Made by a program: the position numbers and the translations under genes. A stretch of DNA of 64,000 bases from Candidatus Latescibacterota bacterium (GTDB lineage: Bacteria > Latescibacterota > UBA2968 > UBA8231): the NCBI GenBank assembly GCA_964291625.2, contig OZ220089.1, positions 864,001 to 928,000 of the forward strand. Direction: 5' to 3'. Under the pieces are notes generated by a model, which saw nothing but the letters and a program-made list of their open reading frames with translations, was not told the DNA's origin and did no database searches. Below, in pieces: positions 10,135 through 19,648 of the stretch; positions within the stretch are counted from its first letter, which is position 1; each line of letters begins with the position of its first letter.

Positions 10135-11306
10135 TCGTGGACAGAGCCCTGGGCCGGCGCTTTCTCCGGCTCCTGCGGACCTTCCCCTGCGTCCTCGTCA
10201 CCGGGCCCCGGCAGTGCGGCAAGAGCACCTTCGTCCGTCACATGCTGCCGCGCTGGAGGCACCTCGACCTGGAGCGGCCGGCCGATCAGCTGCTGCTCGA
10301 GTCCGACCTGGAGGGCTTCTTCGACGCCCACCCGCGGCAGGTCGTGATCGACGAGGCGCAACGCCTGCCCGAGCTCTTCCCCCTCCTGCGGCACGTCGTC
10401 GACCGCGAACCGGGAAAGGGCCGCTTCGTGCTCCTGGGATCGGCCAGCCCGCAGCTCACGCGCCGGGTCTCGGAGACCCTGGCCGGCCGCATCGGTCTGC
10501 TGGAGCTGACCCCCTTCCGAGCCCTGGAGCTGGCCGACGGCCGCCACGCCCGCCATCGCTGGTTCTTCGGCGGCTATCCCCCGGTCCACGGCATTCAGAG
10601 CTTCGCCTCCCGCATGGACTGGCTCGACGGCTACGTCACCACCTTCCTCGAGCGGGACCTCCCGGCCATGGGGCTGGCCCTTCCCGCCCCGCGGCTGCGC
10701 CGCCTCTGGACGATGCTGACCCATGTCCACGGGAGCCTGCTCAACGTCTCCGACCTGGCTCGCTCCCTGACCGTCTCCACCCACACGGTCAACCACTACC
10801 TCGACGTGCTCGAAGGGGCCTTCCTCATCCGCCGCCTGGCGCCGCTCCATGCCAACGTGCAGAAACGGCTGACCCGGAGCCCCAAGCTCTACGTCCGGGA
10901 TACGGGGCTGCTGCACTTCCTGGCCGGCCTTCGCCGGCCGCCGGACCTGGAGACCTGGCCGAAGCGGGGGCACTCCTTCGAGGGACTGGTCATCGAGGAG
11001 ATCGCCGCCCTCGCCGCCCAGCACCAGGCGAGACCCGAGATCCACTTCTGGCGCACCCAGGCCGGCGCCGAGGTCGACCTGGTGATCCACCACCGGGGGC
11101 GGCCCATCCCGGTGGAGGTCAAGCTCGGAGCAGCCGTCGACCGCTACGCCGTGGCGGGCCTGCGCCAGTTCATGAAGGACTTCGACGCGCCGCGGGGGTG
11201 GGTGGTGTCGCGCACCCCCGAGCGGCGCCGACTGGGCCGCGACGTGGAGATCGTCCCCTGGGAGGAGGTGGCCGCCGGCCGCGAGGAGTTCGGTCTGGCG
11301 GACTAG
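10128..11306 (+). CDS. AAA_14 ATPase with DUF4143 (wHTH + PD-(D/E)XK-like) domain
   Basis: GPRQCGKST, IDEAQR, LLGSAS, ETLAGR, SPKLYVRDTG, EVDLVI...PVEVK. Confidence 0.92.
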   Translation: MKFVDRALGRRFLRLLRTFPCVLVTGPRQCGKSTFVRHMLPRWRHLDLERPADQLLLESDLEGFFDAHPRQVVIDEAQRLPELFPLLRHVVDREPGKGRFVLLGSASPQLTRRVSETLAGRIGLLELTPFRALELADGRHARHRWFFGGYPPVHGIQSFASRMDWLDGYVTTFLERDLPAMGLALPAPRLRRLWTMLTHVHGSLLNVSDLARSLTVSTHTVNHYLDVLEGAFLIRRLAPLHANVQKRLTRSPKLYVRDTGLLHFLAGLRRPPDLETWPKRGHSFEGLVIEEIAALAAQHQARPEIHFWRTQAGAEVDLVIHHRGRPIPVEVKLGAAVDRYAVAGLRQFMKDFDAPRGWVVSRTPERRRLGRDVEIVPWEEVAAGREEFGLAD

Positions 11307-12196
11307 CCCTCCAGGCCCAGGCCGATGAGGCGGTCGGCGTTGCGCCAGAGGATCTTCTCCAGCACCTCGGTGGTCACGTGGCCGTCGTCCCGCGCCTGGG
11401 TGAGCCACTCGATCTGCTGGAAGTCCAGCTCCACGTCGGTGTGGTCGAGGCCGAGGAGGAGGCGGTCCTGGAACTCGTCGAGGAACTCCCAGGTGAATGC
11501 GGGGTCCCGGGTGATGGCGTTGAACCCGGAGCCGGCCGACAGGTCGCCGTTGAGGTTGGGGTACTCCCGCAGCAGCCGGACCACGGTGCCGCCGGGGGCC
11601 ACCGGCCCGTCGGGGTAGCCCTCCTTCTGGTCGGCGGTGACGTCGCCGCTGATCTCGCTCCAGAAGGAGGCGCTGTGACCGAAGAAGACGAGATCCGGGT
11701 AGGTGCGCAGGACCAGCTCGAAGCGGGGCAGGCCGAGGGTGTCGATGACGCCGTAGGTGACCTTCTCCGGCGGCGAGGTGTGGAAGGTGACGGGAAAGCC
11801 GACCTTCTCGCAGGCGGCGAAGAGGGCCATCATCTTCGGGTGGTCGAACCACAGGCGGGTGGTCAGCTCGCCGAGGCCCTTGAAGCCGGCTTCCTTGTAC
11901 TGCTCCAGCCCCCACTGGAAGTGCTCGGGGGTGGTCCAGTCGTGGCGGCGCGGATCGATCTCGCAGAAGGGGATGAAGCGCCCCGGGAAGCGCTCGCAGA
12001 TCGACAGCACCTCGCCCATGCTCTGGCGCTCCGCCGGGCCCTCGGCGCCGTTGAGGGGGAGGATGACGGCCATGTCGATCCCCTTCTCGTCCATGCGCCG
12101 CACCTGCTCCTCGGCGGTCATGAAGCGCAGGCCGGAGGAGCGGTTCTTCATCAGGACGGGGCGGGCGAAGACGTGGGCGTGGACATCGATGATCAT
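11303..12196 (-). CDS. amidohydrolase_2 family protein
   Basis: IIDVHAH, GLGE, PVTFH, FFGHS, DRLLLGLD. Confidence 0.88.
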   Translation of the reverse strand: MIIDVHAHVFARPVLMKNRSSGLRFMTAEEQVRRMDEKGIDMAVILPLNGAEGPAERQSMGEVLSICERFPGRFIPFCEIDPRRHDWTTPEHFQWGLEQYKEAGFKGLGELTTRLWFDHPKMMALFAACEKVGFPVTFHTSPPEKVTYGVIDTLGLPRFELVLRTYPDLVFFGHSASFWSEISGDVTADQKEGYPDGPVAPGGTVVRLLREYPNLNGDLSAGSGFNAITRDPAFTWEFLDEFQDRLLLGLDHTDVELDFQQIEWLTQARDDGHVTTEVLEKILWRNADRLIGLGLEG

Positions 12197-12221
12197 GGAG
12201 GACTCCCGAGAGGTGGATGAG

Positions 12222-12812
12222 ATGGAGGGAACGGTCGAAGACGGAAGGCAGCGGCGCAAGTCGCCCGAGGCCGGGCCGGACAACCGCTACCAGGAGCGCT
12301 TCGGCGAGCCGAGCGAGCGCGCCCGCCTGAAGGTGGCCGGCCGCATGGACCCGTACGTGCAGGAGTTCGTGCGCCACGCCCCCTTCGCGGTGATGTCGAC
12401 GGCCGGCGGGGACGGCCGCTGCGACGCCAGTCCGAGAGGCGGGCGCCCCGGCTTCGTCAAGGTCCTGGACGACCGCCGGCTGCTGCTGCCCGACGTGCGC
12501 GGCAACAAGCTCTTCCAGAGCTACGCCAACATCGACGCCAACCCCAACGTGGGGCTGATCTTCTTCATCCCCGGCGTCGACTACACGGCGCGCGTCAACG
12601 GCCGGGCCCGCGTCGTGGACGAGGAGGACCTGAGGGCCCGGGGCATCTCGATGGAGATCTTCAACCCCGACGACGAGGCCGCCCTGCTCCAGGGGCTGCT
12701 GATCGAGGTGGAGGAGTCCTACCCCCACTGCCCGCGGGCGCTCAAGTTCTCGCGCCTGTGGGACGAGGGGGTCATCGCCGGCAACCGCGAGGATCCGCCC
12801 GTCACACGCTGA
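12222..12812 (+). CDS. pyridoxamine 5'-phosphate oxidase family FMN-binding protein
   Basis: DASPRGGRPGFV, PDVRGN, NPNVGLIFFIPG, RVNGRA, HCPRAL. Confidence 0.88.
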   Translation: MEGTVEDGRQRRKSPEAGPDNRYQERFGEPSERARLKVAGRMDPYVQEFVRHAPFAVMSTAGGDGRCDASPRGGRPGFVKVLDDRRLLLPDVRGNKLFQSYANIDANPNVGLIFFIPGVDYTARVNGRARVVDEEDLRARGISMEIFNPDDEAALLQGLLIEVEESYPHCPRALKFSRLWDEGVIAGNREDPPVTR

Positions 12813-12815
12813 CAG

Positions 12816-12968
12816 TCAGTTCTCTCGGCAAGGACCCGCTGCTTCGGCCTCCTCGTCAAGCAGCCTCGCAACGGTTTCGGAGGTAACGCGGGCACCCCGG
12901 GCCGGCAGGTGCGGCAAACCGTCATCGTCCACCTCGAAGAGGGCGGGCGCTGAAGCGCCGTCGTGCAC
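12816..12968 (-). pseudogene. possible remnant of a CopG/VapB-type antitoxin (C-terminal half)
   Basis: DDGLPHLPARGARVTSETVARLLDEE resembles VapB-like C-termini; no RHH N-terminus or toxin; codon style differs from neighbours. Confidence 0.35.
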
Positions 12969-12988
12969 CTCACACACAGTCGGTCCCC

Positions 12989-13729
12989 TCAGGTCAGATG
13001 GGCGTCGGCGGACCGGGGCGCGTCCAGGCCGCGGTCCATGCGCAGCAGCTGCCTCTGGCGCTCGTTCAGCCGCCCCAGCCACTCGGGCGGGAAGCCGTCG
13101 TGGGGGTCGACCTGGAAGACGAGCATGCGCTTGCGGTAGTGGCCGAAGAGGGCGTGGCGGTTGCGGTCCCCGCGGTTGGCGCCGCCGCCGTGCCAGGTCT
13201 GGCCGTTGAAGACGAGGACGCTGCCGGCGGGGGCCGCGGCGGTGACCACGTGCTTCAGCTCCAGCCCCGGCGGCGGCTCCGCGAGGCCGCTGCGGTGGGT
13301 CCCCGGGATCACCCGGGTGGCGCCGATCTCCTCGGTGAAGTCGTCGAGCATCCACACCGTGTTCAGCATCACCGGCCCGCGCAGGTTGAGCATGTCGCCG
13401 GGGATGTCGCTGTGAAGGCCCTGCTCGCCGTCGCCGGGCCGCACGATGCGGGCGTTGAGGCTGCCGAGGACCAGGCCGGCGCCGAGGTAGTGCTCGAGGA
13501 CGGGCAGGGTCCGGGGGTGGTCGATGGTGGTCCAGAACACCGGGTCCAGGGTCGGCAGGTTGGCCACGTGCCGGGCCGCGCCCCGGTGGCGGTGATCGGT
13601 GCCGACCTCCCGCTCGCAGCGGATCAGGGCCCGCCGCATCGCCTCCGTCTCCCCGGGGGTGAGCACCGCCTCGAGGATGGTGAAGCCGTAGGCATCGATC
13701 TCCTGCACCGCCTTCTCGACCTCGGTCAC
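12989..13729 (-). CDS. phytanoyl-CoA dioxygenase (PhyH) family 2OG-Fe(II) oxygenase
   Basis: QGLHSD, WMLDDFTEEIGATRVIPGTH, TWHGGGAN...R. Confidence 0.92.
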   Translation of the reverse strand: MTEVEKAVQEIDAYGFTILEAVLTPGETEAMRRALIRCEREVGTDHRHRGAARHVANLPTLDPVFWTTIDHPRTLPVLEHYLGAGLVLGSLNARIVRPGDGEQGLHSDIPGDMLNLRGPVMLNTVWMLDDFTEEIGATRVIPGTHRSGLAEPPPGLELKHVVTAAAPAGSVLVFNGQTWHGGGANRGDRNRHALFGHYRKRMLVFQVDPHDGFPPEWLGRLNERQRQLLRMDRGLDAPRSADAHLT

Positions 13730-14607
13730 GCCCCTCCTCCTTTGCCCAGGACCCGCGCCATGGCGCGGATGTGCTCCGGCCCGGCGCCGCAGCAGGCGCC
13801 GACGTATCCGATCCCGGCGGCGGCGGCGCGTCCGGCGAAGCGGGCGAACGTCTCGGGGCCGGCCGCCCCGGGCGAGCTCCACCAGGAGTGCCACGCCGAC
13901 GGCTGGCAGCAGACGGGCACGTCCACGGCCGCCCGCATCTGCCTGGCGCACTCCATCTGCCGGTCCGGCGGCCACAGGCAGTTGACGCCGACCACGTGGG
14001 CGCCGGCGTCGGCCAGCCGGCGGGCGCACTCGGCCGGACCGGCGCCGTCGCGGGTGAGCCGGCCCTCGTCGGCGAAGCTCATGGTGACGACCAGGGTGTG
14101 GTCGGTCCGCCGCGCCACCTCCAGGGCCACGAGGGCCTCGTCGAGCCACTCGAAGGTCTCCAGGATCAGGAAGTCGACGCCCTCGCCGCAGATCCAGGGG
14201 AGCTGCTCCTCCAGCCACTCGCGGGTGCGCCGGCGCGTGGACTCGTCGGCGGGATCGTAGTCGCCCTCGACGATGCTGGGGCTGTTGAGGTTACCCGCCA
14301 CCAGGCCGCCGCCGCCGGCGGCCTCGCGGGCGATGCGGCAGGCGGTGCGGTTGATCTCCTCGGCGCGGTCTCCGAAGCCGGCGCGGGCGAGCATGTTGGT
14401 GGTGCCGAAGAAGGTCAGGGTCTGCAGGACCTCGGCGCCGGCGCCGCGGAACTCGGCCGTCAGCCGGCGCACCTCCTCGGGATGGGTGGCCACCACCTCC
14501 GGGGTCATGGAGCCGGCCTGCAGGAACCCCCGCAGGCGCAGGGCCATCAGGTAGCCTCCGTCGCCGAGGACGGGCCCTTCCTCGAGGCGCTGGAGCAGGT
14601 CCTTCAA
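13726..14607 (-). CDS. homocysteine S-methyltransferase family protein
   Basis: VLGDGG, AGAEVLQTLTF, LILETF, VGVNC, VGACCG Zn ligands; TTG start overlaps the upstream stop. Confidence 0.88.
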   Translation of the reverse strand: MKDLLQRLEEGPVLGDGGYLMALRLRGFLQAGSMTPEVVATHPEEVRRLTAEFRGAGAEVLQTLTFFGTTNMLARAGFGDRAEEINRTACRIAREAAGGGGLVAGNLNSPSIVEGDYDPADESTRRRTREWLEEQLPWICGEGVDFLILETFEWLDEALVALEVARRTDHTLVVTMSFADEGRLTRDGAGPAECARRLADAGAHVVGVNCLWPPDRQMECARQMRAAVDVPVCCQPSAWHSWWSSPGAAGPETFARFAGRAAAAGIGYVGACCGAGPEHIRAMARVLGKGGGA

Positions 14608-15839
14608 CTCAGCAGCTCGATGGCGGCCCGGCGCAGCCGCGGCTCCTCGCCGGCGCCCAGGGCCGCGAAGAGGGGCTCGTCGCCGCCCTCCTGGTGGGCC
14701 TCCGGCGTCGGCAGGTAGCCCACCTCCGGGCAGGGGTTGCACAGGACCACCAGCGGATCGGCGGGGACCGCGGCTCGGATCGCTTCCGCCGTCTCCACGA
14801 AGGGCTCGCCCGGCACGTGCAGCAGGACGCCGCCGCCGACGCGGACCGCGCTCAGGGTGACGGGCTGCGCGTCCCTCTCCTCGAAGTGGCGGGCCCGCCA
14901 GTAGTCGTAGCGCGCCAGCCCTTCGGCCTCGGAGGGGCGGGACTCCCACTCCGCCTTGGCGGCCTCCACGCCGGCGGTGGCCGCGGGCTCCAGCTCGACG
15001 GTGGCGGAGCGCCGCTCCAGGTCGGCGGCGCCGGGCTCCAGGGTGGACCACACCTGCCGCACGGTGGCCGCCAGCGACCGGCCGATACGCGCCGCCGGGT
15101 CCTGCTCGCGGCGCACGGGGTGGACGTTGCCGAGGGCCCCCTGGAAGAACAGGGAGTCGATGCCGGCGGCGGCCAGCTCCCGCGACAGGCGGCCCGGGTA
15201 GTCGCCGGAGATGTTGCCGCGGTCGTCCCACAGGGCCAGGGCGTGGCAGCCGAAGGCGACGAGGGCCGCGGGCCGGCGGCCCTCCCGGTCGACGCGCAGG
15301 ACGCCGACCTGCCGGTCCACGGCGTCGTAGCGCAGCTCCTCGGGCGGCGTGGGGAACTCGGTGAGGCTCACCATCCTCAGGCGGCCCTCCTCGTCGTGGG
15401 CCCGGCGGTTGTACTGCAGGCCGGCCTCGGCGGTCCCGGCGCCGACGGCGAGTCGGGCCGGCACGGCGTCGCGGCAGGCGGCTTCGATGACCCCGGCGGC
15501 GGCCCCGGCGTAGTCCTCGTCGCGGCCGAACTCCTTGAGAGCCTCCGTCGGCTGGTTGTGGTAGTAGGAGAACAGGGTCGGACCGGTGCCGATGTGGCTG
15601 GCGCCGGGCAGGACCCACCCGGCCTCGACGCCGGCGGCGGCCAGGCGCCGCGCCGCCGAGGCGAGCATCGCCTCGTCGAGGACGAAGAGATCGGCGGCGA
15701 GGAAGGTCACCCGGCGGCCGCCCTGGCGCAGGTGCAGGGCCCGCAGGTAGATGGGGTCGAAGATCTCGAAGCTCGGCGGGTCGTCCAGGGCCGGGGTGAT
15801 GTCGACCCGGGCGAAGCCGGCCAGCAGGGGATCGCTCAC
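14604..15839 (-). CDS. neutral/alkaline ceramidase-like hydrolase (uncharacterised)
   Basis: AGFARVDITP, ASHIGTGP, YNRR, FGCHA, ISGDYPG, FFQGALGN, PGEPFVE, GYLPT. Confidence 0.75.
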   Translation of the reverse strand: MSDPLLAGFARVDITPALDDPPSFEIFDPIYLRALHLRQGGRRVTFLAADLFVLDEAMLASAARRLAAAGVEAGWVLPGASHIGTGPTLFSYYHNQPTEALKEFGRDEDYAGAAAGVIEAACRDAVPARLAVGAGTAEAGLQYNRRAHDEEGRLRMVSLTEFPTPPEELRYDAVDRQVGVLRVDREGRRPAALVAFGCHALALWDDRGNISGDYPGRLSRELAAAGIDSLFFQGALGNVHPVRREQDPAARIGRSLAATVRQVWSTLEPGAADLERRSATVELEPAATAGVEAAKAEWESRPSEAEGLARYDYWRARHFEERDAQPVTLSAVRVGGGVLLHVPGEPFVETAEAIRAAVPADPLVVLCNPCPEVGYLPTPEAHQEGGDEPLFAALGAGEEPRLRRAAIELLS

Positions 15840-15851
15840 GGCGGGGGCGCC

Positions 15852-17048
15852 CTACAGCGACCAGGGCACGAGCCACTCGTCGGGGATGTGGATGCCGAAG
15901 CCCGGACCCGGCGGCAGGCCCACCTCCCCGTTGACCGGGTACGGCGTGCCCGGGGTGGCGCGGTAGGCCCGGCGGCCGGCCTCCGACGGCGAGCCCTTGT
16001 AGCACTCCTCGAGGGGCACCCCCGGGGCGGTGGACTGGATGTACTCGATGAGGCGGGAGCCGGGTGCGGCGAAGGACCAGTGCTGCCCGTACAGCTCGTT
16101 GGCGCCGCAGTGGAGGTACATGGGGATCCCCGAGACCTCGCAGGCGTGGGACAGCTTGAGGGCCTCGGTGAAGCCGCCCACCCACTTGATGTCCGCCTGC
16201 ATGATGTCGACGAGGCCGTCGCGGGCGGCGCGCATCCCCGGGTGCCGGGTGGACCAGTGCTCGCCGGTGGCCATCGTCTGCCACGGCACCCGCCGGCGGA
16301 TCTCGCGGTAGCCGTCGTAGTTCCAGTAGGGCAGCATCTCCTCCATCCAGCCGATGCGGTAGGGCCGCAGGGCCTCGCACATGCGCACCGAGAAGTCGAT
16401 GTCGTAGGACATCCAGCAGTCGAGCATGAGCTCGGCGTCGGGGCCGATCGTCTCGCGGGTCTTGGCGACGTACTCGACCGTGCCCTCGAGGCCGGCCTGC
16501 CCGTGGTAGGCCGAGTAGGGGCGGGCGAGCTTGAACCTCGTGAAGCCGAGGTGCATGCCCCAGTCGACGTCGTTGCCCGTGAGGTAGCAGGGCAGGGAGC
16601 GCCGGTGGGGGCCTCCCGCGAGGCGGTACACGGGCTGGTCCACCGTCTTGCCCCACAGGTCCCACAGGGCCAGGTCGACGGCGGCCACGGCGCGGGCCGC
16701 CAGGCCCTCCATGCCGAAGGAGAGGCACGAGTACCACATGCGGTCGTTGCAGGCGTCGACGGCGCCCACCTCCTGGCCGATCACCGCGGGGGCGAGGGTG
16801 TGGTTGATGAGGACGGCGGCGGTGTCGCCCGTGTCGGTGCTGCCGAGGCCGAAGGTGCCGTCCGTGGAGGTCGCCTTCACCCAGATGATGCCTCCCGGCT
16901 CGCGGCGGCGGACCCCGTCCAGGAAGCGGTCGAAGGGGGTCCCCTGCTGGGCGCCCCACCGCTTTCGCCAGGGCTTGGTGCCCTCGTGCTCGGGGGGCGG
17001 CGGCTCGAGGGTGAAGACCTCGATGCGGTCGACGGTGGGGACGCTCAT
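15852..17048 (-). CDS. enolase-superfamily acid-sugar dehydratase (L-rhamnonate dehydratase-like)
   Basis: AVDLALWDLWGK, CYLTGND, FKL, LMLDCWMS, WMEE, ATGEHW, QADIKWVGG. Confidence 0.85.
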   Translation of the reverse strand: MSVPTVDRIEVFTLEPPPPEHEGTKPWRKRWGAQQGTPFDRFLDGVRRREPGGIIWVKATSTDGTFGLGSTDTGDTAAVLINHTLAPAVIGQEVGAVDACNDRMWYSCLSFGMEGLAARAVAAVDLALWDLWGKTVDQPVYRLAGGPHRRSLPCYLTGNDVDWGMHLGFTRFKLARPYSAYHGQAGLEGTVEYVAKTRETIGPDAELMLDCWMSYDIDFSVRMCEALRPYRIGWMEEMLPYWNYDGYREIRRRVPWQTMATGEHWSTRHPGMRAARDGLVDIMQADIKWVGGFTEALKLSHACEVSGIPMYLHCGANELYGQHWSFAAPGSRLIEYIQSTAPGVPLEECYKGSPSEAGRRAYRATPGTPYPVNGEVGLPPGPGFGIHIPDEWLVPWSL

Positions 17049-17076
17049 CCAATGGCTCCTTTCGAATGTGAAGGGA

Positions 17077-17724
17077 TCAACCCTCTCCGACCTCGGCCGC
17101 GGAAGGGTCGCCGAGGTGGCCCTGGTCCCCCAGGCAGCGGATCGTCCAGCGGCCGGTGTCGTCACGGAGGAAGCGGCTGAAGCTGGTGTTGCCGACCTCG
17201 AAGGCCACCGGCCCGTCGAAGATGGGGAGGCCGAGGACGTGGCAGGCGAAAGAGGCGAGCACGCCGCCGTGGGTGACGGCCACCACCAGCTCCCCCGGGT
17301 GGCGGTCGGCGATCGCCTCCACCGCCTCCACGGCGCGCTTGCGGAAGGCGCGCTCGCTCTCGCCCCCCGGCACGGCGTAGTCGGGGTCGCCGGACTCGTA
17401 GCGGCTCCAGACCTCGGGATGGAGCCCCGGGATCTCCTCCTTGCGCAGCCCCTCGAAGAGGCCGTAGCCGCGCTCCCGCAGGCCGGTCTCCTCGATCAGC
17501 TCGTGGTGGTCCGGGTCGCGGATCAGCTCCGCCGTCTGGCGGCAGCGGCCCAGGTCGGAGGTGTAGAGGCGCGGGCTGGTGGTCAGGGCGTGGATGCGCG
17601 GGGCCAGCAGCCGGGCCTGGCTCAGGCCTTCCTCCGTCAGCCGGCTGTCCGACTGCCCCTGGAAGATGCGGGCGCGGTTGAACTCGGTGAGGCCGTGACG
17701 GATGAGGATCAGTTGCATGGTCAT
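17077..17724 (-). CDS. histidine phosphatase (PGAM) family protein
   Basis: LIRHGLT, SDLGRCRQTA, LRERGYGLFEG, VTHGG. Confidence 0.92.
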   Translation of the reverse strand: MTMQLILIRHGLTEFNRARIFQGQSDSRLTEEGLSQARLLAPRIHALTTSPRLYTSDLGRCRQTAELIRDPDHHELIEETGLRERGYGLFEGLRKEEIPGLHPEVWSRYESGDPDYAVPGGESERAFRKRAVEAVEAIADRHPGELVVAVTHGGVLASFACHVLGLPIFDGPVAFEVGNTSFSRFLRDDTGRWTIRCLGDQGHLGDPSAAEVGEG

Positions 17725-18761
17725 GAAGCGGCGGCCTCCCGGATGGCGGCGGCGGTGAACTCGACATCGTCGTCGTCGATGTGGCGGTGCAGGACGAGAC
17801 GGACCTTCGCCGGCGGCCGGGCGATGCCCAGAACCCCCCGGGCCTTCAGCTCGTCGCACAGCCCCCGGGCCGGCTCTCCCGGGGCCGCCGACTCGAGCAT
17901 GACGAAGTTCGTGGGGTTCGGCGGCTGCCACACCGCCCATCCGTCGAGACCCTGCAGGGCCCCGCAGAGGGCGCGGGCCCTCCGATGGTCCTCGGCCAGG
18001 CGGTCGACCATCCCCTCCAGGGCGACCAGGCCGGCGGCGGCGACGACCCCCGCCTGGCGCATGGTGCCGCCCAGGGAGGAGCGCACGGCGCGGGCCTTCT
18101 CCACCAGCTCCGCCTCTCCGCAGAGCATGGAGCCCACGGGCGCGCCCAGCCCCTTGGAGAGGCAGAACATGACCGAGTCGGCGTGCCGGGCGTACTCCCT
18201 CGCCTCGACGCCCATGGACACGGCGGCGTTGAACAGTCGGGCGCCGTCCATGTGCACCTTCATCCCCAGCTCGCGGCTCTGCGCCGAGACCGCTTCCACC
18301 TCTTCCGGAGCCCAGGCGTAGCCGCCGCTGTGGTTGTGGGTGTTCTCGATGCAGACCAGCGCCGGCCGCTGCCCCTGTCCCCGCGCCGCGGTCACGGCCT
18401 CCTCCAGCTGCCGCGGATCGGGCACCCCCAACTCGGCCTGCAGCGGGTGGGGCGCGGCGCCGGCGAGATTCCAGCTGGCGCGGCGTCCGCCGCCGAAGAG
18501 GTGGGCCCGCTCCTCGAAGAACACGGCGTCCCCCTCCCCCACGTGGGCCAGCAGGGCGCAGTGGTTGCCCATGGTGCCGCTGGGCACGTAGAGGGCGGCC
18601 TCCTTGCCCAGCATGGCGGCCGCCTTCTGCTGAAGCCGCCGGACGGTGGGGTCCTCCCCGAAGGCGTCGTCGCCCACCGCGGCCCGGGCCATGGCCTCGA
18701 ACATGGCCGCCGTGGGGCGGGTCGTGGTGTCGCTGCGCAGGTCGACGGTGCGGTCGCTCAT
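17721..18761 (-). CDS. ltaE: low-specificity L-threonine aldolase
   Basis: DLRSDTTT, VGDDAFGEDPT, PSGTMGN, IENTHN, HMDGARLFNA, CLSKGLGAPVGS. Confidence 0.9.
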   Translation of the reverse strand: MSDRTVDLRSDTTTRPTAAMFEAMARAAVGDDAFGEDPTVRRLQQKAAAMLGKEAALYVPSGTMGNHCALLAHVGEGDAVFFEERAHLFGGGRRASWNLAGAAPHPLQAELGVPDPRQLEEAVTAARGQGQRPALVCIENTHNHSGGYAWAPEEVEAVSAQSRELGMKVHMDGARLFNAAVSMGVEAREYARHADSVMFCLSKGLGAPVGSMLCGEAELVEKARAVRSSLGGTMRQAGVVAAAGLVALEGMVDRLAEDHRRARALCGALQGLDGWAVWQPPNPTNFVMLESAAPGEPARGLCDELKARGVLGIARPPAKVRLVLHRHIDDDDVEFTAAAIREAAAS

Positions 18762-18763
18762 GG

Positions 18764-19648
18764 TCAGGTCTTCATGCCGCTCAGGCTGATGCCGCCCACC
18801 AGGTAGCGCTGGGCGACGAGGAACAGCAGGATCAGGGGCGCCGCGCCCATGACGGAGGCGGCGAAGACCCGCGGCCAGTCGGCCGAGGTCTCCGAGCGAA
18901 AGAGGCTCAGCCCCACGGTCAGCGGATAGTAGTCCTCGTTGCTCAGCACCACCAGCGGCCACTCGAACATGTTCCAGGCACCCATGAAGGTGAACAGCCC
19001 GAGGGTGACGAGGGCCGGCCGGGACAGGGGCAGGACCACGTTCACCAGGATGCCCCAGGAGCCGCAGCCGTCGATGCGGGCGGCGTCCTCCAGGTCGGCG
19101 GGGATGTTGAGAAAGGCCTGGCGCAGCAGGAAGATGCCGAAGGCGCCGGCGAAGGAGGGCACGACGACGCCCCACATGGTGTCCACCAGGCCGAGCTCGG
19201 CGACGACCAGGAAGTTGGGGATCAGGAGCACCGCGGGGGGCACCATCATCGTCGCCAGCAGCATGCCGAAGAGCAGGCTTCGGCCGCGGAAGCGCATGCG
19301 GGCGAAGGCGTAGGCGGCGAGGACGTTGAACGACAGCTGCACCGCCGTGATGAGCAGCGCGTAGAGGAAGCTGTTGCCCAGGAAGCGGTCGATGCCGCCG
19401 TAGCGGATGGCGTCCACGTAGTTGCGCCACACCGACCAGTCGGCGCCCGGCCAGTCGAGAGCGCTGGGCTCCCCCCGGGCGTGGGCCAGGCGTTCGCCGG
19501 GCTGGTAGCGCGCCGGCACCAGGCTCCGGCGGTCCTCGGCGAACTCCTTCCGCGTCTTCATCGACGACCCCGCCATGTAGGCATAGGGGTAGGCCATGAC
19601 CACGGCGCCCAGGACCATGGCGAGCAGGGCCAGCCGCCGGCCGCTCAT
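18764..19648 (-). CDS. carbohydrate ABC transporter permease (MalG-like)
   Basis: AYAFARMRFRGR, EAA loop LEDAARIDG, FMGAWN. Confidence 0.93.
   Translation of the reverse strand: MSGRRLALLAMVLGAVVMAYPYAYMAGSSMKTRKEFAEDRRSLVPARYQPGERLAHARGEPSALDWPGADWSVWRNYVDAIRYGGIDRFLGNSFLYALLITAVQLSFNVLAAYAFARMRFRGRSLLFGMLLATMMVPPAVLLIPNFLVVAELGLVDTMWGVVVPSFAGAFGIFLLRQAFLNIPADLEDAARIDGCGSWGILVNVVLPLSRPALVTLGLFTFMGAWNMFEWPLVVLSNEDYYPLTVGLSLFRSETSADWPRVFAASVMGAAPLILLFLVAQRYLVGGISLSGMKT

Noticed and set aside
13726-17052. 1108-aa ORF and other long Arg/Pro/Gly-rich ORFs (e.g. 1307-4156, 32209-35016, 56352-59375)
   Set aside because: These are stop-poor alternative frames typical of high-GC DNA; only the terminal portions with family motifs, where present, were accepted.
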